From NCBI GenBank assembly GCA_004764695.1, contig SMSO01000014.1, forward strand, positions 40,739-54,924: a DNA stretch of 14,186 nucleotides, written 5' to 3'. The notes under the pieces were generated by a model. It had not been told where the DNA came from. It searched no databases and saw only the letters and a list, made by a program, of their open reading frames with translations. This DNA is from Schizochytrium sp. TIO01 (taxonomy: Eukaryota; Protista; Bigyra: Labyrinthulomycetes). Positions within the stretch are counted from its first letter, which is position 1. Every line of letters begins with the position of its first letter. Of the stretch, positions 7,701 to 14,186 are shown in pieces. The translations under genes and the position numbers were made by a program.

Positions 7701-9806
7701 CAGGAGGTGCCCGACGCTACCATTATAGAGAAGGAGGTGCCCGATGTTACCATCATTGAGCAGGAGGTGGATTCTTCACAGAAACCACCGCGTAAGTATA
7801 AACAGAAACCGTCTTACTCCTCCGAGTTCAAGCAAGCTCTTCGTGAATTTGTTGATGCTGGTCCATTATACCCTGGACAAGTTCTACAAATAGCAAACAA
7901 CAAATTCCATTGGGTAGATCCAATTCTTGGCGACGTCGACACCGGCTCTACAACAAGAAGTGGTAAAACCTTCCATCCAAGTTCCTCAACTTCAGCCCCA
8001 GCTTTATTGACGAAGGAGGTGAACAATCAGGAAGCTTCTACTTCAAACACTCACGTTTACGAGGACCCACGCAGACCTGTTCGCGAGCCTCGTCACGAAA
8101 GTGATCTTCGACTTTACAGCGACTACGAGAAAGCTATGTGGAGGAAAACAGATGAAGAAGAAATGGCAAATCATGCAGCACAAGAAACCCTGCAAGAAGT
8201 CCCAAAGTCGGAGGTGCGTGGAAAAGTCTTAGATGTCATGAAGGTCTACAAGAAAAAGCCCGCAGACAACGAAGGGCGCCGTAGACTTAAGATGAGACTT
8301 GTTGTTCGCGGTGATCAAGAACCAACCTCTGAACAAGAAGTAGCATCACCAGTTACGATGCCATCTTCCGTACGCATCCAAATTACCTTGGGTCTTACAC
8401 AGGAGCATGACTTTGCTATTTTCGACATTACAAGTGCTTTCCTCACTGCACCGGTACATGACAAAGACATTTTCATACGAGTACGGACTTTCTACGGTGA
8501 ATACACTTACTATCGCCTTCTGAAATCTGTCTATGGCATCTCATCTGCTCCGCTAAGATTTTACAAAGAACTAGCGCATGCTTTTGATGCTTTTGGCTTA
8601 GCACCTTGCCCAGATGATGCATGCCTTTTCCATCATAAGGGCCTGAACCTGACAGTGTCTACCCATGTCGATGATGGTCTAGTTTCTGGTCCTGCCTCGA
8701 GTGTCAAAGCTCTTGAAGGTCATCTAAAATCATATTTTGGGAACGACAAAGTGGACTTCGAACATTTACCTGACAACAAACGTGTTCGATACCTTGGAGC
8801 GCATCTTACGATCAATCGAAGTTCCAAGATCGCTTTGTTAGATCATGCCGACTTTATTGAGGAACTTCTCGAAACTCATGGTCTTAACAATTGTCAACCA
8901 CGCATCACTCCTGCATCTGCAAACCCGTTAACATTTCCTAAGGAGGCCAAAACTGATCCCCTTTATCAGTCATTGGTGGGGAGTCTTCAATGGATAGTCA
9001 ATACACGCCCCGACATTGCATTTGCAGTTAAAGAACTTGGTAGACACAATCGTGCAGCAACCGAAGAACACTTTACAGCAGCCAAAGCTGTTTTACGTTA
9101 CCTTGCTGGCACAAGCAACATCGGGATAGTCTTACGAGGAGCCATACAACTTTCGGACATAAAGCTTGAAGCTTGGTGCGATGCCTCTTACGCGCCTTGC
9201 CCTTACACACGACGTTCTACACTTGGCTACCTGCTAGCAGTTAATGGGTCTACCATTCTGACAAAGTCTAGTACAGAACGAACTGTGGCACTTTCCTCAA
9301 CTGAGGCAGAACTCTACGCTGCGAACGAAGCCGCTAAAGCCATTATTTGGAACCGTCGCATCTTAGACTTTCTGGGCTGTCCCCAAGCCGATGCATCGCC
9401 ACTATACACGGACAACCAAGCTATCATCCCTTTGATTCGAAACTTGAGCGTTGGCAACAACTCTAAGCATGTGGACATTCGCAGACACCATCTTCATCAA
9501 CTTTTAGAGGACAACATCATTTCTCTATCTTATGAAAACACTCGGACCAATCCAGCTGACGTGTTGACCAAACACCTTAGTCGGGAGCTTCATCACTATC
9601 ATATCTACCGCATCTGCCTTGCTTTTCTTGGGCACGTAACTCCCGGAGATACGGATCGCTCTGTATCTGCACTTCTAGGAACAAGGCTCACGTCTAAGAA
9701 GTTTGGGGAGGTGTGTTGTCTAGACGAATTGTTGGTCCCGAGTCGGGATAACAAGGAGTCTCCTGCCTTTCTAATCATACCTTTTACAGAGGTAGGGTTA
9801 GGGTAA
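4794..9806 (+). CDS. Gag-Pol polyprotein, 1670 aa (Gag zinc knuckles, aspartic protease, integrase, reverse transcriptase, RNase H)
   Basis: accATGG start. Knuckles CLRCAQNHATDNC and CARCNKPGHKAIVC (5787-5888); protease VIDSGA (D at 5985); IN HHCC HRRAGH...CPGC; IN core HVDL/VFVDDYSKY/GVAER; RT KMRLVVRGDQ, FDITSAFL, LLKSVYG, HVDD (8664-8675); RNase H CDASYA, SSTEAEL, TDNQA, KHVDIR, NPADVLTK. Confidence 0.98.
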   Translation: MVQEEVASEHEEVASVVYEDDDDDDSESMATANFHGPLPAVPATAMHSSDNLEFLLASESAPTIHYQPETPALIKGIKRYFENNRSTPTYDGDFEEYSDFFEGFCGYYELPFKDINTWKPGQPASICKAQDSVLALFLLEGFKKSSLSSVIRSRYAKGSGLVGWYVLRQRFNQHSRLNQQRRWKELMSVMAACPKPHEDRSKLDDHIDKLNTAIAKLEKTRPTLQSIMLFSYIQQLPAEYDKIKADLYAHSTLTFRVIHERTGLTMESAKAAHTSVSNEVTGAFGASTDATLLQLAAAVSQAFGNSPSPPQPRNYRSRGRYHGSHRNNSHRCLRCAQNHATDNCNLDPRVRCARCNKPGHKAIVCRSVPTEEYFAANVKDFSKSAYLGGNAFPSTVIDSGAGVTVVPSRRHIHSELPLQKATPIVGVSGELQNPDSVGTYLSPFIPNAPAIPAQVHDRAPAVLESLAALHAAGAELHITKDRQVLVWQNQEIPLQFCNNALTYAQDTTSEPTATAVFAGLDILEAHRRAGHRSFETLDAISKQVSGLPLAKIQGSFPVCPGCAQGDSSRSPIRKGPHSPRSTGPRQVSHVDLLGIKTRSSTGNKYCVVFVDDYSKYRRCYSFPECNAETLVKAIRAWRRDWLGAAPGKTSTPEGLTLIADHAFASRLVQEQMDLYNWKLQFASPHEHGTHGVAERTVGLVSRLAWSYLHDCNLPSTFWDFATDYACWTLNRLPSPRTSKVPAVIHGCGTADLSPSRQFGTLVAYHQHNPSVATKSDFAAKGSLGIFLGCSSRHSFGTSRIMSLDSRRIVFSRSYRALPYLPQLSESSDYIRKQLLNNSLLNTAPVKVFSNDYGDVTSSPSSSDFFHPLTKDTSSLIFPSNSSEIKHPSSPSFTNDVSVNFDLAGSSGENEEDLHFSYPAQSTPAASSPEQEVSDLIDFQQEVPDLISIDQEVPDLISIDQEVPDLINIDQEVPDATIIEKEVPDVTIIEQEVDSSQKPPRKYKQKPSYSSEFKQALREFVDAGPLYPGQVLQIANNKFHWVDPILGDVDTGSTTRSGKTFHPSSSTSAPALLTKEVNNQEASTSNTHVYEDPRRPVREPRHESDLRLYSDYEKAMWRKTDEEEMANHAAQETLQEVPKSEVRGKVLDVMKVYKKKPADNEGRRRLKMRLVVRGDQEPTSEQEVASPVTMPSSVRIQITLGLTQEHDFAIFDITSAFLTAPVHDKDIFIRVRTFYGEYTYYRLLKSVYGISSAPLRFYKELAHAFDAFGLAPCPDDACLFHHKGLNLTVSTHVDDGLVSGPASSVKALEGHLKSYFGNDKVDFEHLPDNKRVRYLGAHLTINRSSKIALLDHADFIEELLETHGLNNCQPRITPASANPLTFPKEAKTDPLYQSLVGSLQWIVNTRPDIAFAVKELGRHNRAATEEHFTAAKAVLRYLAGTSNIGIVLRGAIQLSDIKLEAWCDASYAPCPYTRRSTLGYLLAVNGSTILTKSSTERTVALSSTEAELYAANEAAKAIIWNRRILDFLGCPQADASPLYTDNQAIIPLIRNLSVGNNSKHVDIRRHHLHQLLEDNIISLSYENTRTNPADVLTKHLSRELHHYHIYRICLAFLGHVTPGDTDRSVSALLGTRLTSKKFGEVCCLDELLVPSRDNKESPAFLIIPFTEVGLG
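7581..7769 (+). repeat. In-frame 30-bp minisatellite (~6.3 copies) encoding QEVPDLISID-like decapeptides in the integrase C-terminal region
   Basis: (C/A)AGGAGGTG recurs at 7581, 7611, 7641, 7671, 7701, 7731, 7761. Confidence 0.97.
9705..9713 (+). promoter_or_regulatory. Polypurine tract (plus-strand primer)
   Basis: GGGGAGGTG directly abuts the TGTTG of the 3' LTR, in the typical copia position. Confidence 0.85.
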
Positions 9807-10179
9807 AGGTTAAGCATTGGACAACAAAGAGTCTCCTGCCTTCCTTATTATACCTTTTGCAGTAGTAGGGTTAGGGTAATGCTCGTGAATTATATACATG
9901 AACACGAGTATTAACCCATAATACCACTGTAAAAGTATCAAAGAACGTAGGAGAATCTTTATCAAGAAAACAAATACTCACTAAGGGACACATGGACTAA
10001 ACACTAGTAGTTGCGGTTTTCCGCTCGGTGGCCGCCACTAATAAAGGACATGTGTAACAAAGACTGAGTAGAAATAACTTCTTCACTGCCGGCAGTATGT
10101 CAGCAGACCTCAAACTATACAACCTCAACCTAAAAAGTAAACAACCTTTCGAGTCTCTGTCACTCTACAGCATTCAACA
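9714..10179 (+). repeat. 3' LTR (466 bp, followed by AAA)
   Basis: Direct copy of 4263-4728 at an offset of 5451 bp. Confidence 0.97.
10040..10045 (+). promoter_or_regulatory. Candidate polyadenylation signal AATAAA in the LTR (also at 4589-4594)
   Basis: AATAAA directly after two short GC hairpins (GCGG-TTTT-CCGC, GTGG-CCG-CCAC); use not demonstrated. Confidence 0.35.
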
Positions 10180-10182
10180 AAA

Positions 10183-10187
10183 TATTT
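10183..10187. repeat. Right target-site duplication TATTT
   Basis: Follows CAACA+AAA and matches 4258-4262. Confidence 0.8.
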
Positions 10188-10715
10188 TCTCGACAACTAC
10201 TTGAAAGACACATGTTATTCTTGCACCATTAGACCAGAAAATTTATGGAGAGCTATACTATTGAAGTTCTCCAGAGGAAATCGTTCTTAAATTATGAGAA
10301 AATACCCTTCCAGGTATTTGGCAGCAGCCTCTCACTTCTTCAAAACCCCATTATCTCCACAACTACATTATTGATCATTTAAAGATTTGGATCAGTAGAA
10401 AGCGCAAGCAATACAGAATACGGATGATGGCATGAGTCAGAAAAAACAAATCTTTGAAAGTATTTTTCGAACTTTTAAAAGAAAATGTTACTCTTCTATA
10501 TTATTAATAAGAGAAAAGAACTAAACTTAGTACTGTTATAACTTTCTTGATAAAATTGTTAGGTCTTTTCGACAAGCACCGTCGGGAAGTGCGTCGTTGT
10601 TACCACAGTATAGTTATAATCGTTGCGAGAAAATATGCTTTCAAGCTTGCGAAAAGAAGCTCCTAGTTATCACTTTATTTAAACAAGCAGTTGATGGATC
10701 CTCACAAGGGACAAT
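10183..10715. repeat. Tandem repeat family B, copy 2
   Basis: Colinear with 3728-4230, with scattered substitutions; the 3' boundary is approximate. Confidence 0.93.
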
Positions 10716-13610
10716 ATTTCATTAACCACTAAAGATACTAATCAACAGGTGGTACCGTTGGAAAGCTGTTAAGATTTACAATAGGCGAGATGTGTTTTCT
10801 CAGGCGAAATATGTTTAAAATTAATTTTTATTGACCTTTGAATGTTATTTCTTGGTCTCTCATATTATTAATAGGGGGAGGGAAACGAGTTTAGTAGTGT
10901 TGTAACTTTATGCATATAATAGATAGAACTTTGCTACAAGCATCGTCGGATAGCTGAATAATAGTTAAAGTGGGTGCATTTGATTTATGAGAGAAACTCT
11001 TCTTTCAAGCCTGAGAAAAGAAGCTCTAAGTTGCCACTCTATTTGTGAGCAGAAAAGTGATTAGTATAAGGTTCATTTTCTCAACAACGGGAAAAGATAT
11101 TACTCATCAGATGGTACCGTTAGAAAGCTGTTAAGATTTACAACAGGGTAGATGTGTTTTCTCAGGCGAAATATTTTTAACTTTATTTTTACTGACCTTT
11201 GAAAGTTATTTCTTAATCGCCCATATCAATAATAGGGAGAAAGAACTGAGTTTAGTAGTGCTCTAACTCTATGAATAGAATAGAAAGGACTTTGCTATAG
11301 ACATCCCTTGATAGAACACGAATTGTTGAGATGCCCGAATTTGATTTGTGAGAAAACAGACCCTGTCAAGCTTGAGAAAAGAAGCTCCAAGTTATCATTC
11401 TGTTTGTGAGCAGGACAGAGAATTAAATGGTTAGTATAAGATTCATTTTCTTAACAACGGGATAATATATTAATTATTGAAGTGTACCATTGGAAAGCTG
11501 GTTGAATTTACAACAGATTGAATGTGTTTTCTCAGAAAAAATACTTTTAACATGCATTTGACTGACCTTTAAAAGTTATTTTTTTTTGTCTCTCATATTA
11601 TTAATAGGGGGAAGGAACTGGGTTAGTAGTGTTGTATCTCTATAAATACAATCGACAGAGCTTTTCTACAAACATCATTCGATAGTTTATGAAGTGTTAA
11701 GATGAGTGGATTTAATTTATGAGAAAAAATGTTCTTGCAAGCTTGAGAAAAGAAGCTCTAAGTTGTCACTCTATTTGATAACAAAAGAAATAAATAAATG
11801 ATTAGTATAAGATGCATTTTCTCAACAACGGGGAGGTATATAAATCATGGAGTGGTACCGTTGGAACGCTGGGGCAATTTACAACAGGGTTGATGTGTTT
11901 GCTCAGCTGAAATATTCTTAAAATGTTTTTCTACTGACCTTTGAAAGATTATTTTTTGTGTCTCATATTATTAATAGGGGGAGGGAACCGAGTTTAGTAG
12001 TGTTTTAACTCTATGAGTAGAGTAAGCAGAACTTTTCTGGAAGAATCTTTCGATAGCGCATAAATTGTTGAGATGAGTGCATTTGATTTATGAGAGAAAA
12101 GCTTCTTGCAAGCTTGAGAAAAGAAGCTCTAAGTTGTCACTTTATTTGATAACAAAAGAAATAAATAAATGATTAGTATAAGATGCATTTTCTCAACAAC
12201 GGGGAAATATATAAATCATGGAGTGGTACCATTGGCAAGCTGCTTGAAATTACAACAGGGTAGATGGGATTTCTCCGAAAAAATACTTTAAACATATAGT
12301 TTTACTGACCTTTGAAAGTTTATTTTTTGTCTCTCATATTATTAATAGGGGGAAGGAACCGAGTTTAGTAGTGTTGTAACTTTATGCATATAATAGACAG
12401 AACTTTGCTACAAGTATCGTCTGATAGCTGAGTAATATTGAAAGTGGGTGCATTTGATTTATGAGAGAAACTCTTCTTGCAAGCCTGAGAAAAGAAGCTC
12501 TAAGTTGCCACTCTATTTGTGAGCAGAAAAAAGATTAGTATAAGGTTCATTTTCTCAACAACGGGGAAAGATATTAATCATGGAATGGTACCGTTGGAAA
12601 GCTGTTTCAATTTACATTAGGGAAAATATCTTGATTTATAAAAACAAAACTATGATTATGATTTTATTGATCTTTAAAAGATATTTTTTGGTCTTTCATA
12701 TTAATAATAGGGGGAGGGAACCGAAATTAGTAGTGTTCTGACTTTATCAATGCAATAGCCAGAGCATTTCTACAAGCACAATTCGATAATTCATGAACTG
12801 TTAAGATGCGCGCATTTGATTTATGATAAAAAATATTCTTGCAAGATTGAGAAAAAAACATCAATATGGCACTCTATTTGTAAGGAGGATATATAACAAA
12901 ATGTTTAGTACAAGATTAATTTTCTCAAAAACCGGGTTATATAATAATCATCGAATCGTACCCTTGGAAACATGTGTCACTTTGCAACAGGGAAGATGCG
13001 TTTGCTAAGAAAAATTAAAATTATATTTATGTTTTTATTGACTTTCGAAAGTTATTTCTTAGTTTCTCATATTATTATTAAGGAGGAGGAACCGAGTTTA
13101 GTAGTGTTTTTACGCAATCAAAAAAGTAGGTAGAACTTTTCCACAACAACCACTCGGTAGCTCGTTCATGGCTAAGATGGACACATTTGCTTGATGAGAG
13201 GAAATCTTCTTGCAAGCTACAGGGAACAGGTCTTAGTTATCACTCTAATTTTTAGCAGCACATAAAATTAAATGGTTAGCATAAGATTCATTTGCTCAAC
13301 AAATGAGTCACCTAATAATCATGGAATGGTACTATCGGAAAGCTGCTGCGCAATACGACAGGAAATTTGTCTTCATTAAGAAAACTTAAACTTCTAATTG
13401 AGTTTTTATTGACTTTGAAAGTTATTTCTAAGTTTCTCATATAACTAATAAGGAGAACAGGCAGACTTTGCAGTGTCATAACTCTATCAATTAAATAGTT
13501 AGAACCTATCCACAAGCACCAGTAGAACGCTTCACAACTCATCGAAGATACAGGTTAAAATAATGGTGAGAAAATACTTTAAAAAATTAGACAAAAGGAC
13601 TTCCATCGTA
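10716..13610. repeat. Telomere-associated tandem repeat family C: ~8 diverged units of 362-371 bp
   Basis: GGTACC-like anchor at 10751, 11113, 11483, 11854, 12225, 12587, 12957, 13328; shared blocks CATTTTCTCAACAACGGG, CATATTATTAATAGGGGGA, GAGAAAAGAAGCTCTAAGTTG. The last unit decays toward the telomere. Confidence 0.94.
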
Positions 13611-13756
13611 TTATAGACAGTTCTTATTGAAGTCTCCCATATCCACGAATGTCAGCAGGCGCGTACAAACTTTTTGTTTTAAAAAAGAAAATATTTTTAA
13701 TTCTTCATTAAAATTTTTATTGTAAAACCATTAAGAAACACCATAATAAACAATCA

Positions 13757-14186
13757 TTAGGTAAGGTTAGGTAAGGTTAGGTAAGGTTAGGTAAGGTAAG
13801 GTTAGGTTAGGTAAGGTTAGGTAAGGTTAGGTAAGGTTAGGTAAGGTTAGGTAAGGTTAGGTTAGGTTAGGTTAGGTTAGGTAAGGTTAGGTAAGGTTAG
13901 GTTAGGTTAGGTTAGGTTAGGTTAGGTTAGGTTAGGTTAGGTTAGGTTAGGTTAGGTTAGGTTAGGTTAGGTTAGGTTAGGTTAGGTTAGGTTAGGTTAG
14001 GTTAGGTTAGGTTAGGTTAGGTTAGGTTAGGTTAGGTTAGGTTAGGTTAGGTTAGGTTAGGTTAGGTTAGGTTAGGTTAGGTTAGGTTAGGTTAGGTTAG
14101 GTTAGGTTAGGTTAGGTTAGGTTAGGTTAGGTTAGGTTAGGTTAGGTTAGGTTAGGTTAGGTTAGTTAGTTAGGTTAGGTTAGGTT
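13757..14186 (+). repeat. Telomeric repeat array (TTAGG)n with proximal TAAGG variants
   Basis: About 86 pentamers, G-rich strand running 5'->3' to the sequence end; 12 TAAGG units confined to 13762-13896. Confidence 0.98.

Larger units (their letters stand above)
4263..10182 (+). mobile_element. Full-length Ty1/copia (Pseudoviridae, Hemivirus-like priming) LTR retrotransposon
   Basis: Two direct LTRs (TGTTG...CAACA), PBS, PPT, 5-bp TSD and an uninterrupted ORF with domain order GAG-PR-IN-RT-RH. Confidence 0.98.

Noticed and set aside
7581-7769. 30-bp periodic repeat as a CRISPR array, or AGGAGGTG as Shine-Dalgarno sites
   Set aside because: No unique spacers or cas genes; it is an in-frame coding repeat in a eukaryotic nuclear context.
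4723-8026. Antisense and alternate-frame ORFs overlapping gag-pol (66-157 aa)
   Set aside because: No recognisable motifs; expected shadows of a long, relatively GC-rich ORF.
4258-10184. Inverted flanks TATTT...AAATA read as extended terminal inverted repeats
   Set aside because: The empty-site reconstruction and the AAA also present after the 5' LTR explain it better as AAA plus a direct TSD.
2094-13610. Repeat arrays as repeat-protein genes (ORFs 3408-3593, 12823-13008, 13312-13542), including under an alternative genetic code
   Set aside because: Unit lengths are mostly not multiples of 3, and the ORFs are not preserved between units.
14161-14186. TTAG tetramer variants at the very end
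   Set aside because: Most likely low-coverage consensus errors at the contig tip.

Overview
Eukaryotic chromosome end, read 5'->3'. (1) The 3' ~1.07 kb of a divergent nuclear LSU (28S-type) rRNA gene, transcribed toward the telomere. (2) A purine-rich spacer. (3) Three related tandem-repeat families: 4x ~412 bp, 2x ~530 bp and 8x ~370 bp. (4) An intact, apparently very young Ty1/copia LTR retrotransposon (4263-10182) inserted at the junction of the two ~530-bp units. It has identical LTRs by eye, a single 1670-aa gag-pol ORF and a half-tRNA-type PBS. (5) A (TTAGG)n telomere from 13757 whose proximal part alternates TTAGG/TAAGG. Unusual points of the element: telomere-like motifs and a long switchable hairpin in the LTR, a tandem 10-aa SIM-like repeat in the integrase C-terminus, a D(33)E integrase core, and a right end that retains the AAA spacer before the target-site duplication. 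The host organism cannot be identified from the window. All alignments and counts were done by eye.
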